DNA of 64,000 nucleotides from Chrysomallon squamiferum (GCA_012295275.1 CM022672.1:29326001-29390000); one strand, 5' to 3'. Positions 44,378 to 57,020 are shown, counted from the first letter of the stretch. Program-made: numbers and translations. Notes: generated by a model not told the origin, from the letters alone.

Positions 44378-47300
44378 TACTACAACTCTACTACAATTAT
44401 TATTATTGTTGTTATTGTTAGTTACTATTATTGTTATTACTATATACTTACATTGTTAGACATCATGATGGTGAGAAGGGATTTGTTGTGCGAGTTGAAA
44501 GCCACATTTAAAACTGTTGCTTGTGATAAAATTAACAGTGTGTGTATTACTGGTCACTATTAAGTTTTATAACCTTTTAAACATGTAAACCTTAAATTTA
44601 TTAAACAGAAGAAAGCCTAAAATCCTTTATTTTTTGTTATTATTCAGTTATAACCAGAGACCTTGCAAATGATTAAGAGAATAATTTAACTCCAAACCTA
44701 AATGATTATGCGATTAAGAATATGTGTAATTGACTATAATGCATATTCTAGAAATTCAAGTATAGCTGATTAAAGTAAGAATACACTAAGTGATTATGTT
44801 TATAACACTTTAAAAACATTTTACCACTGTTTTATATACTGATGTACATAACATTAATACTTCAAATGTTTATACCTCTAATAAGATATATGTGTATGGC
44901 TTCTGTATGTGTGTGTAGTTCTGTCTGTGTGTTACAGCTGTGTGGTTTGTGTCTGTCTGTCTGTCTGTCTGTCTGATATAGTTGTATGGCATGTATATAT
45001 AATTCAATATGACAGAGAGAGAAAGTGAAAATGTGGAGTGTATACTACTATAAGTAACCCCTTATATATTATTATTTTAAAAAAAACAGGAATAGAAAGT
45101 GTTTGTTTGTGTATTGACAAGGATACTGACATAGATGATGGCAAGGAGAAGATGAGGTATCACACCAAAGTGTTCTCGTTTCTTTCCTCGCGGCTCCGTC
45201 GCTGTCCAGAACAGAGAGTCGAGAATGTCCTGTCCAAACCCAGAAAACAGCCGATCACACAGCTGAACAAAATTAAAAACAAGTATTAAATGTCTAATTG
45301 AATTTAGTACTTATTTTTTCTCTTAGTGTCCAGAACAGAGATTTAAGAATGACTTTTCCAAATGCAAAAGCAGACAATAACACAACTAAATAAAATTAAA
45401 AACAAGTATTAAACATTTTGACACTTTACTGAAGTGTAGTACTTATTCTTACTCTGAGCTTTCATAAACATTTATATGAAAAATCACTTAGATGTTAATT
45501 AAGTCATATATTTATGTTACAAGTATGTCACATATTTATTTATAACTACATGATACATATAAAATAATAAATACTTCACAGTCTGGGTGAGTTTCCATTC
45601 CTGAAAGATTTCAACTCAGGAAGTTAAAGTTACTTCTCAAACTTGTTTATTCCTGTCTGATTTTGTGACTACATCAAAATTAGTGATGAAGATATATTCC
45701 TTTCATTATTTCAACAAACAAAAAAAATACTAGTCCAATGTTTTTCCTTTCCAAGATTTATTTAAAACAGAAGACACAATTTGTCCAAAAAAAGAGTGTA
45801 ACTAAAATAATGATAATAATAACAAGGATCAATAAAAATAAAGACAACTTCTTTTAGAAAGTAATTGTTTCAAACTCTAAAAAATGAAATCTGTTATTTG
45901 TTTTCAGATCAAACTAACTAAGTGTGTGTTAGTACAGTTCTACCATCTAGTGACTAAGAATTATTTAGAAGTAGTTTCTAGGAACCTTTTATACTATGAT
46001 TCTTCTAGATAAAGAATAATATTTTAGTTTGATATACCAATCAGTGGGGAAATGTCCAGTATTTTCCCGATATATTGTAAAATACAAATCATTTTTAAAT
46101 TTTATAATCATCATCATCATCATCTATTTACTTATTTATTTATTTATTTATTCATTCTTTTATTTATTGCCATTACTGATTTTTGTAACTGCCTGTCCCA
46201 GCTTGGTTTCTATGACGGTTTTTTGAATTATTAATAAATTAATAATAATAATAAAACAAAAAGAATTCTAAAAACAGAGAGAGATATAATATTATTCAGT
46301 TTTGTAATCATAATTTGCTGTAATGACAACTTACATCAAGCATGTTGTAGAAGACGTAGAGTTTTATCACAGACTGTCCCCGCACAAGGTGATACATCAT
46401 TGATGTGTCGATGTGGTCGAGAATGAGGCACACAACAAAGAGAATTATTCCTTTGAGCAGATCACAGATGTGTGCTGATTCTAAATATCTACGAGAACTA
46501 GAACTGAAAATTAACAGATACACATTAAAAAAATACTGTATTATAAATTACTAGATAAGCTGAATGAAATAAATGACAACATCTGAACTGTTTGTATTCC
46601 ATGTGCTTACAGCCAACATAAAAGAAAAAAACAAAATAGACAAAGAAAATGTGTGTGTGTGTGTGTGTGTGTGCATGTCTGCATGCATGTGTAATTGAGA
46701 CATTGAATGCAGTTATATAATGCATCAACACTATAAAAGCTAATGCCAAATGTGAGCGTCTTTTCAAACAATTTTGCAAGGATCAAAATGCAGACTATGT
46801 AAGATTATTACTTCATACTGATGTAAGGTGGTTATCAAAGGGGAATTGCCTGAAAAGATTCATGGAATTATTTGATATTCTTAGTGAGTTCTTGGATGAC
46901 AAACCGTATGTGACTCTGTTACTGACAGTTGATGGTAAAGCACTTGTCAGTTATTTAGCAGATATATTTGAAAAACTCAATGTCTTAAATAAGGAGCTCC
47001 AAGGAACAAATATGATTCTTGTTAATTCAAAGGCCAAGATATTTGGCTTTATATCATTTCTGGAATTATCCCAAGAAAATATCTCTGTCAAAAAAATTGA
47101 ACAATTTTATTGGCTGAATAAATGTGAGGTAACAGACGCTACTTGTCTTGTTATTGTGGAGCACTTAAAAATAATGGTAAGTGATTTCAACTTCAGATTT
47201 TCTGATTTGAAAGAAATTAATTATCCATCTTGGATGACTCAGCCATTGCTAGTGGATCTGTCAGATGTAACCATGGAGTATCAAGGAGAACTTTCAGAAT

Positions 47301-48165
47301 TACAAAATGATGACTCGATTAAAGCCCTGTTCAAAATAAAAGGAACAATGATGTGGCTCTGTGAAGAAACACAAGCTAAATATCCAAATACAAGTAGTTT
47401 GGCAAGAAAACTAATGTTACCATTCCCATCGTCATACTTAGTGGAATGTGGATTTAGTGCTGTGAATGACTTATTACTGAAGGAAAAGAAACCGACTGGA
47501 TATCACTAAATGAGGCGACTGGAGATTGAAATTAAAAACATTTCTGCCTCGGATAAAATCTCTTTGCAGTAGACATCAGGCTTAAGGGTCTCATTAATTG
47601 ATTGTAATTGAATTTATTTAATCTCATGGTAGATATGTTATACACATTATAAAATGGATTTTATTTGATTAAATTTGAAGTTAAACCCTTTAGTTTTATT
47701 TGAAATATACAATTTTTTATGTTATACTTCTTCAAAACTGATATTGTTATTATATCATACTAAACAATTAACTGCTATTGTTATATCATACTAAACAATT
47801 AATGGGTGGGGGACATGAAGAAATTTGTGATAAAAAAGTGGGGCATGGTACTAAAATGGTTGGGAACCACTGCTACAAGTACAACTTCTTTATTAGGAGG
47901 TATGTTTATTGACCCAGCTAGGTTATGTACTACATTTTTTTTTTTTGACAGAGTCATTTCATTTCTGATTTTCTTGCTTTCAGTTAATTTAAAAGTTGCT
48001 GGTGTACAAATGATTAATATTAACTGTTAGGTGTCAAGCAATAATTATTTGCACAAAAATGAAGTCTGAGATTAGAAGAAAAGTGAAGTAATCATTTTAT
48101 ATGCCATACTTATTAACATAGCAGCTAAACAATTGTTATATATATATAATAATAATAATAGTAGA

Positions 48166-48200
<35 letters not shown>

Positions 48201-49408
48201 TAATAAATACATATAAAACATTCATGAAGATTAAAACCAATATTCTCAATTTATTTAATTTGTACTGTTAAAAATAATTACATAACTGAACATTTAAATT
48301 TTAAAAAGAAGAATAACAATGTTACCTGTTAGAAAAGAGACCACAAGGGTGAGTAAAAAGTCTCACTATTGCTATCAGGATTCGAACTGGCATCAGTGTG
48401 AAGATAAAAAGAAAGGCATCCAAGCAGAGAAAAAATCCATATGTACAAAACTACAGTAAGAAAAACAAAAAATGTTTTTATGATCTGAATTAAAACAGCT
48501 GTTATAATAATAATTTAAAACTTGAAAGACTTTGAATAGACTATTAATTACTATCATATGTGTAGTTGATTATATTTAAGCAAGCAAAGAGCTCTATAAT
48601 TATTATGCCTATGGTCATAATAGTCTTTCGTTTTGTCAAAGCAAAACCAATATAATTTACAATATGTACTTGTGAATATATATTAATGACAGATGTAAAT
48701 AAATAACATTAACCTTTTCTAGTTCTCTTGGTGTCTTCATAAATGTGTAGACTCGCTCTCTGCGTTCAGCATATTTGAATTCATCTCGCTCCAACATGTA
48801 CCCTCTTGTCAACTCTGACTTTAGATACCCAAACACAGAGATATCTAAATTTATAAATAAAAAACAAGGAATGATCTAATCTGTAAATCTTGATGTTAAG
48901 GATATAATTAGTGATGCTAATGATATGATATACCAAATAGAATTATCACTGTAAGCATCTGAACATTCAGAACAGGCCAATTTCTCCTAACAAAGTTCCT
49001 AAATTAAAAATGTTTCCCAAAACATATCCATCCACTGATGCAATGTCCCCTCATACACTTTCTGCTTCTTTTGTGGCAGAAGGGTGTCAGTCTCTTATTT
49101 AGATTCAGGACAGTTTCTGCTAACAAAATTATGCAGCCTACAATTCCTAAATTAATTATGTTCATATCCATCCAGCCTTCCTATATAATATATTAACTAT
49201 AAATATTCAACAAGACATCCAGTTATGAATACACAGGCTCTGGTCATTGTATGGAAGAAAGGTGTTGATCCCATATTTTGATCCAGGCCTCAGTTAAAAT
49301 TAAGTTTGTTTCATTTCCTTGTATGCAAGATTGAAGAACATTCGATTTGGAAATGTCTGAGAAACTTTTACTTTATCAAAACCAATAAATTTCAATTATT
49401 CTGAATTG

Positions 49409-49440
<32 letters not shown>

Positions 49441-50148
49441 TTTATTTATTTATTTATTATTATTTCCTGGATTTATTTTTTCTTTTTGTCTATGTGCTGT
49501 TATTAATTACTGTCAAAATTAACTGCAAGGTTTCGCATTTCCTAGTTACTTCCCTTGATTAAAAAACCAAAGATAAAAGCAAGTAATAATAATAATAATA
49601 AAAAGAGTAAAAATATTGGAATCTGCATTAATTATTATTATTATACAATGATGGAGAAAAGGTGAACTTTACTGATTTAACATCCTGGAAGCATTTTCTT
49701 TATTCATTATTTATATTTGCAATGACAGAATTGTTTTTGACAAAGAAAAATATTTATTTTATCATTTTTGTACTTATTTATACATATTTAATATGTGAAA
49801 TATTTTAAGGAAAATAAAACAAAGTTAAGAATTTTATTTTTCAAACAAGTGTTTCATCTGTTTGGTAACTTGCGTGTATCATAATCATTAGTCGATTAGA
49901 TCACAGATATTTTTTCATGTTTCCTTTATTTCTGTAAGAATATTTTCAGATCATTTAATTTTTATTAATTCAAATTTAAATATAATTACTTATTTCTAAC
50001 ATGGCTAGTGGATATATATATATAATGGCATACTTTTAAGAAATCGGTCCTTCCGTGAACGTTTTTTATCTGGGACTGATTCTGCCTTGCTTGCAAAACT
50101 TCCATCTGGTCCAGGATTTCTTGCATATATCTTCTCTTCTGACGTCAT
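40089..50148 (-). CDS. TAPT1: Transmembrane anterior posterior transformation protein 1 homolog (DUF747/Emp65 family), 11 coding exons, 687 aa
   Basis: Exons 50148-50034, 48844-48714, 48450-48326, 46503-46335, 45262-45127, 44549-44452, 43876-43726, 42860-42751, 42312-42253, 41552-41407 and 40911-40089 join in frame (2064 nt) with GT-AG boundaries. Hallmark peptides: ELTRGY..ERRERVYTF.KTPRELEK, FGQDILDSLFWTATEP, NVAFNSHNKSLLTIMMSNNFVEIKGS, DWIKHAFITKFN, RRMGFTPIPLA. Confidence 0.97.
41407..41552 (-). CDS. TAPT1: TAPT1 coding exon 10
   Basis: AFTDLGDQVSRRMGFTPIPLACLLIRICSKSVKISGYLGIAIMVLLYF. Confidence 0.93.
42253..42312 (-). CDS. TAPT1: TAPT1 coding exon 9
   Basis: AYKDFTVSLVQDMAASRQKH, with ttttcag and gtatgt flanks. 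Confidence 0.9.
42751..42860 (-). CDS. TAPT1: TAPT1 coding exon 8
   Basis: HIWVIVPDVLLVLAAEFIVDWIKHAFITKFNEISSD. Confidence 0.95.
43726..43876 (-). CDS. TAPT1: TAPT1 coding exon 7
   Basis: FVEIKGSLFKRVDKNNLFQISCSDVKERFHYAILLSVVFLRNMAEFAWNL. Confidence 0.95.
44452..44549 (-). CDS. TAPT1: TAPT1 coding exon 6
   Basis: IHTLLILSQATVLNVAFNSHNKSLLTIMMSNN. Confidence 0.95.
44550..45126 (-). other. U12-type (minor spliceosome) GT-AG intron, TAPT1 intron 5
   Basis: 5' splice site GTATCCTTG, branch-like CTTAAT 11-12 nt before the AG, and no polypyrimidine tract. Confidence 0.8.
45127..45262 (-). CDS. TAPT1: TAPT1 coding exon 5
   Basis: LCDRLFSGFGQDILDSLFWTATEPRGKKREHFGVIPHLLLAIIYV, followed by the donor GTATCCTT. 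Confidence 0.95.
46335..46503 (-). CDS. TAPT1: TAPT1 coding exon 4
   Basis: RRYLESAHICDLLKG...IDTSMMYHLVRGQSVIKLYVFYNMLD. An alternative in-frame acceptor 6 nt downstream is possible. Confidence 0.95.
46697..47597 (+). pseudogene. Disrupted hAT transposase, C-terminal half
   Basis: Stop at 46718-46720 and a frameshift near 47480, after which the tail reads KRNRLDITK*GDWRLKL...RHQA*GSH*. Confidence 0.85.
46697..47872 (+). mobile_element. 5'-truncated hAT (Buster/Charlie, SCAND3/ZBED8-like) DNA transposon in TAPT1 intron 3
   Basis: Transposase motifs LLLHTDVRWLSKG..LKRFMEL, YLADIFEKLN.LN.ELQG and PFPSSYLVECGFS. The right TIR ggttgggaaccactg (47858-47872) is present, but no left TIR was found. 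Confidence 0.9.
48326..48450 (-). CDS. TAPT1: TAPT1 coding exon 3
   Basis: FCTYGFFLCLDAFLFIFTLMPVRILIAIVRLFTHPCGLFSN, with AG/GT flanks. Confidence 0.95.
48714..48844 (-). CDS. TAPT1: TAPT1 coding exon 2
   Basis: ISVFGYLKSELTRGYMLERDEFKYAERRERVYTFMKTPRELEK, with AG/GT flanks. Confidence 0.95.
50034..50148 (-). CDS. TAPT1: TAPT1 coding exon 1
   Basis: aaaaATG with an in-frame upstream TGA. Encodes MTSEEKIYARNPGPDGSF...DRFLK. Donor GTATGC, phase 1, compatible with exon 2. Confidence 0.75.
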
Positions 50149-50758
50149 TTTTAATTCTCAAGAAAATATAAAGGCAAACTGGTCAGTGACATCAATAAAC
50201 AACTTCATGTAATTGTTGAAATCTCAATACATCGCCAATCACTTAACTCCATTCTGACAAAACTAAAATTTTGACGCCATAATACTACAGTCTATATATA
50301 AATGTTACGCTTTCATGTTTATTAACGTGAACAACGAAAGTATGGGAATACCAGTCGAGTGTTGGCGTCAAATGTGAAATCTCGAACTTGAATTCGAGAC
50401 TTGTATTGAATACAAATAATAAATAAAGATAAAAAAAAAATACAAATAATAAAAAAAATGTATTGTTTTTTTGTTTTTTTTTCCAAGTATGTTAACTGAA
50501 TCTAATTAATTTTTGTCATTACTTTTTCCAACTCGAGGTACTTTTTATTTATAAATGATTTTAATAAATAAATAAATGCAGACGACGGTAACAGTAGTAT
50601 GGACCTATGATTTTTTTAGAATAAAAATAGGAAAGTCATTGTTTGTATACATAATAGTGCATGTTTTAGAAGTTGGAAGCTTTTTGTTTTAACGAAAAAG
50701 AGTGAACATTTTATTTTTAATAAAAAAAAAAAAAAAAAATAAGGCTGGTTGACGTACC

Positions 50759-50809
<51 letters not shown>

Positions 50810-51887
50810 TTTCTGTTGTAAAACTGATTCAAGCGTTATAGTGAATTTATCAAGGCAATCATTCAAATATCACGTGATCAGTTTGCTTTTTACATGTTCA
50901 TACGACTTCTAATGCACTGAAAATTATATATAATGATTTCAAGTATCGTTTTACAACTACTGTTTGCTATGGAGTTTTAGCAGAGTAACGTGTCCACATT
51001 ATGGTACTTAATGAGAATAATCATCTTCATATTCACGCGCCAGTGTCTGTGAAAATGATTTATTTTATTTTATTTTACTATTATTTTATTATTGGTTTAT
51101 TTTTTGGCTGGCGACGTCGTAATAATATCTGAAACAAAAAATATAGTACGAAGCGTGTACGAGATGGTATGAAGTCAAAGTTACCAACAACAAAAAAAAA
51201 AGGTTTCGACCTTTGCAGCAATTAACAGACATCTATGTATACGAGGCATTGATTAAATGACATATTTCCCCAAATAACTTTTAATAATCCATATAGAAAT
51301 GACTGCATTATGAAGGCATACGTATTTAAAAGTTTGTAAACACTAATCGGCGTTCGACGCTGCCATCTTTTATTTCGATCGGGTTACCGATAGCTCGCGG
51401 AAATTTTTAAAATCCAAATTAAATTGTTTTGCGTCCATTTTTCAGAACCTTTTATGATTTACACTGATAAAGATAAGGATGGTTGATCATATTTCCAAAC
51501 CATGATGTCAAGCGCCTTTTCTAACTACTTTTTCAACTTAATCAAACTTTTCAAACTGGATTATTTTTGTGTAAATGCGTGCATAATAAACTGAAATTAT
51601 AATGCGGAATAAGATTATTGTATTATCTTTTGTACTTGTCAATGTTTCCCCTGTCAGATCCCATCAGAAAAGAACATTTATGGGTTCTTTGTACCTATTA
51701 AATCGACGAAATTTCTTGAGGCTTTTTTACGTGCCGTTTCGAGTTATCGTTTCTGTTGGTCCATGATAGCAACAGCTGTCAAGTTAATAAAAATAACATT
51801 CGCAAACATTTACACTGACAGTTCTAGATGTTTCGTCAGTTTTACAGAAATAATTTTAAGTGATTTTTTAAAATTATTATTATCCAA

Positions 51888-51899
<12 letters not shown>

Positions 51900-51943
<44 letters not shown>

Positions 51944-52007
51944 AATTATTATAAATAAATAAATAAATAAATCTGATCATCTGATAATGATTTTTTTTAA
52001 AAGGTAT

Positions 52008-52038
<31 letters not shown>

Positions 52039-52139
52039 GCTCATTTGTGTGATATAAGATTTATGTAAAAATATATATTAATAATCCATGAGTTACTGTG
52101 AACGGGTTTCTTTTACATGGAAATAATTATTTATATTTT

Positions 52140-52189
<50 letters not shown>

Positions 52190-52453
52190 AACAATAATAA
52201 TAATAATAATAAATAAATAAATAATAATAATAATAATGGAATTATTATAAATAAATAAATAAATCTGACCATCTGATAATGAACTTTTTAAAAAGGTTTT
52301 TATTTATTTATTTATTTATTTATTTAGCTCATTTGTGTGATATAAGATTTATGTAAAAATATATATTAATCATCCACGAGTTTCTGTGAACGGGTTTCTT
52401 TTACATGGAAATAATTATTTTTATTTTATAACAACAACAACAATAACAACAAC

Positions 52454-52500
<47 letters not shown>
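51900..52500. repeat. Tandem duplication of about 290 bp bounded by (AAC)/(AAT) microsatellites
   Basis: Near-identical blocks, for example tgtgaacgggtttcttttacatggaaataattattt at 52097 and 52385. Confidence 0.9.
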
Positions 52501-52549
<49 letters not shown>

Positions 52550-52784
52550 TTTAAATAACACTTTATTACGTTTATTTGATATCAGAGTTTCAAATATTAT
52601 TTTGTTTTAATTAAAATTTATTCTACCATCCCCTTTTAACATTTCAGTTATAATGAAGGTATGAGAGGAATCTGGTATTTAATATTTCGAATCAGTTCTA
52701 GGGATTTTTGACATTTATCTTCTCATAAATATCAAGGCATATGTCGAATTTTTCGTAAATATATTCTAGGACGAAGAACAGATT

Positions 52785-53045
52785 TTGCAAAAGCGCTCAT
52801 TAAACTCGGCCGCGTTGACTTATAGTTCGTAGGATCGATGCATACAGGAGGCCCAGTGATTATTTATCATCCAAGCCGGTGCATATTGCCATGTTTATAC
52901 AGTTTCTGGGAACGTCTACATAAAATTCTTTATTTTGCTAATCAAGAAAGAGTAAGTCACTGCATGGCGGTTTTCTATTCTCGTTATCTAAATTTATTTA
53001 TTGACATCAAATAAATAACATCAAATACAAATAAACGTTAAAAGG
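52785..53045 (+). mobile_element. Degenerate MetaSINE-like tRNA-derived SINE
   Basis: aaagcgctc...taggatcgat...ggccca...tgctaatcaagaaagagta...gcggttttct follows the head-to-core order of gastropod MetaSINEs (from memory). Confidence 0.5.
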
Positions 53046-53466
53046 ATTTTTTTCTTATTTTTTTTTTTCTGTTTTATATAAAATATTTCTTCCTTTTAGA
53101 AGAGTTAACCAAACGAGCTGCACTCGATAAAATCAATTCACCCATGAATTAATTTACGACGCACCTAGTGACATATGCACGTAACAATGATATGTGACAT
53201 TTTTGTCCTTGCCTCGGTCTTTTGAATGTAGCTAGGTGAATTAAGCTTTAATTATTAATCTATTATGAACTTTTAAATTAAGCAAGAGTTATAGACTTTC
53301 CCACCCATCGTTTTTTTTACCTCAGATATTTGGGAACAAAAGTCAGGTCATAGTTTGAAAACATTATTTTATTTTTTAGTTTTTAATTTTTTATATATAT
53401 ATATATATATATACTTGAAGTCAACGTATGTTAGTGTCTGTCATTCAGCCTTTCAATCTTTTTGAG

Positions 53467-53497
<31 letters not shown>

Positions 53498-53800
53498 GTT
53501 ATTGTTGTTGCTGTTGTTGTTGATAATAATGTTGTGTGCTTAATTGATAACAACTGAAGTTAATGACAAATCCTTCAGAACGAAAGAAAAAAGATGAAGA
53601 AGGAAAACAAAACTGAGAGTATATAAAAACTACAGCAATTAACATTGTATTATTATATGTATTAAGTGTATATTCGAAAAAAAAATCTTATGTTAAATTA
53701 TCAAATATATATTAAACTCTGTAATTTTTCATCCTTCAAATAGAATAGAAAAGAGGAAGATAGAAAAATTATAAAATAAGATGACAGAAAAAAATTGCTT

Positions 53801-53840
<40 letters not shown>

Positions 53841-54267
53841 CGCACACAGTGATACATGTCTTTAACCTCACCCGAATAAACGGTCACTTACAATGTGCGG
53901 ATACTTTTCCGAGTCCCTGTTGTTTTCACTGGATATGTTCCTTAGATCAGCGGACAGCATTTTTTTTATTATTATTATATTATTAAATGGGCAGTCATAC
54001 CGATTTGGATTTGTTTCCTCCAAAATAAATAAGTTTACTGTACAGCAGCTTTACAGGATATTTTAAAAAAGATGGCGTCGTCTATTTCGGGTACATGCAG
54101 GGGGTGTTGTTTTCGTGTAATAACTGCAATCGCCAAACATTTGCTCGCTAATCGTGCGAGTTCAACCCATTTGGTAGGTGATTTTGATAATTCAATAATT
54201 CAACGTCATTCCATACATAGTTGTGTTTTATAAACATCTCGTCTTAACGGATTTTGTGGTCGAAAAG

Positions 54268-54310
54268 ATGGTGCCGCTGGCACAAATCGGAGCCCAGTAT
54301 TTTGTAAAAC
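54268..54310 (+). CDS. Candidate first coding exon of an unidentified plus-strand gene (MVPLAQIGAQYFVK)
   Basis: aagATGG context in a CpG-rich patch with a YY1-like AAGATGGCG at 54069. Perfect donor GTAAGT at 54311, phase 1. Confidence 0.35.
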
Positions 54311-54791
54311 GTAAGTATATACCTTATTCTTATTATGAGTTTTATAATGTGCAAAATACATTTTATTTTCATCCATAACACAACTGTAGTTGTATTTTAA
54401 ATGCTTGCTATGGCAATGCCTGGCAACGATGATTTATGGTTATTGTGGGTACTGGTGTGATGTATCTGAATTACGATTGTAAATATGTTCCAAAACATTG
54501 TCTGTAGAGTGGACACCTGCGAAATATGTATACTTTTTTCGGCCAACACAGGTGTCCGTAAAGGACAGGTACCACGGTTTATCTTATGCGTAAGCCAGGA
54601 TTGCCTCTGAGCTCACCTAAAATGTTAGAAACATGTTGTTAACGAATACAACGGGCAGTAAGGGCTGTGACGACACCTTGCAAAACACTGGATCTGTCCC
54701 TTGCAAAGCAATTCATAGTTTGAACATTCATCATTTTGTACATTATAATAATTAATGTATTCAGTTTATTATCAGCTATTTAAAGAATAAA

Positions 54792-54843
<52 letters not shown>

Positions 54844-56863
54844 CCCCACTCTCCCGCATCCATCACATACATACACACACCAACTCTGAACGTAATGACG
54901 TAATGTTTCTATTTTACGTCATAGGTCGTACTTATGTCTTCTTTCTTAAAAACGTGTCTGCGTAGCAGCAGATAGTAAAAACAGATAACTCGCTGTGTTT
55001 TCATTTCTCATTTTACGAAAAACTGTTGGTGTAACTGTTTCTGATGTTGTGGAAAGCAGGTACTTCGTTTTCTCATCATCCGTTTATCAATCATCAACGC
55101 AGAACAAACAATCCTTCGTTTCTGGAAATATGTTGATTGGTGCATGCCTGTCTGCCATGTTACATCAGACGAGAAATGAAGTAAATCTGTTAAAGAAGAG
55201 AACAACAGATGGTTCTGTTTGTATGGATTTCAAGTAACTCGCATCGTTATGTCAGAAACATAATTTGTACTAAGGTAGTATCGTCACACATTTTTTTTTT
55301 TTCTTTACAAGCCGATATTCTTCGTTATTATTATTATTATTATTATTATTAATCAAATAGCCTTTTATTGCTAATAACTATTTTTACTTCTGCCATTAAT
55401 AATGCATTACCCTTGCTATCAATAATAGTAACAACAACAACAACGATGATGATAATGATGGTAATAATAATAATAATTATAATAATAATAATAATATACC
55501 GTTGTTGTTGATACAGTTGACTGTATGCATGTACGAATCGATGTAAGTATGTTTAAAACTCATTGGGTTATATGTATGTTTACTTTAAGTCTTTGTTTTT
55601 TTTTTACCTTTGGGGTAGTTTTAAGCTGAGTTAAAAATAATGAAAACGAATTATTGCATTAAGCGGATTAGAAAACAGCCGCAGAAGGAAATGATCATGA
55701 ACGGAGGAGGAGGTGAAAACTGATTTATAAAAGGCAAAAGGAAAAGCAGACGTGACTATAAAGGATACTTTTTCTTTCTTTCTTTTTTTTTAAACTTTTT
55801 TCTTCAGTGAAGTAAAAAATATCGTAATAATCCGAAACAATCTTAATCTAATTGCAGACTAAAAATTATAGTTTATAGGTAGCTGTGAAAATAGTATTAG
55901 CAGTTGGGTGTAGTATTAAAAAAAGCAGCAGTAGTAGTAGTGTTGGTGGTGGTGGTAGTAGTAGTGATTATGATGGTGACGGTAATTGTGGCAGTAACAG
56001 GTGATGATGGTAGTAGGTAATAATAAAAACAGTTGTTGTTGGAGTGGTGATAGTAACTGGTGCTGCTTGTCATAGTAGTAGTTGAGGTAATAACAGTAGT
56101 AGTAGTGGTAATAGTAACAGTAGTAATAGTAACAGGAATAGTAATAGGAATAGTTGTAATACCAATCACTGTAGTCACTATGATAGCTGTAGTAGAAGTA
56201 TCAGTATTAATAATAATAATAATAATAATAATCATCATCATCAAGAAAATGCCTCATGAATGTTAAAAACATTAATACATAGGCCTATGAAAAACATTAT
56301 TTTTAATGGCCTTACTTTGTATTCGGCTGTCTGATTATCTGATAAGATAACAATGACAAAATAAATAAATAAATAATACTAATACTAATAATTTATAAAA
56401 AGAGAAAGAAAGAAAAGAGAAATTAATAACTGATTGTTGTTAAGGTGTGGATACCAAAGTACAAGAATTGACTAATCACATTTTATGTGATTTCAGCTAC
56501 AGCAGAACCTGTCTATGGGGGTCATTCGAGGTACCAGGCAAAACAGTTGTTATAGACAGCTGGTCGGAACATAGAGTTAACAAAAGGCTTTATGAAGAAA
56601 AAGAAGTAATCGTGTAACAGGTTTTATTTCTTAACTGTAAATAAACTATCTATCTGAACACACACACACACACACACAAACTTTGAAGTGCATTCCAAGT
56701 GCTTCTTTTTCATTTTATTTATTTATTTATTTATTTTTGACTAATTTGTCCATACAATTAAAAAAATATATGATGATAATTTTGGGTTTAACTCCTCAGC
56801 ATATTTCCTAAGAGTTGTTTAGTTAAAAAAAAATAATAATAAAAAATAAAAATAAATAAATAG

Positions 56864-57020
<157 letters not shown>

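Noticed and set aside
46862-47509. ORF as a domesticated transposase gene
   Set aside because: 5' truncation, an upstream stop, a frameshift and two further stops indicate a decayed element.
54995-55237. 80-aa plus-strand ORF as an exon of the cryptic gene
   Set aside because: No convincing splice sites in compatible phase and no recognisable protein.
56498-56630. Apparent exon after tttcag
   Set aside because: The phase-compatible frame hits a stop, and the sequence (tacagcagaacctgtc...acaggtttta) looks like a decayed Tc1/mariner-type MITE. Too degenerate to list as a feature.
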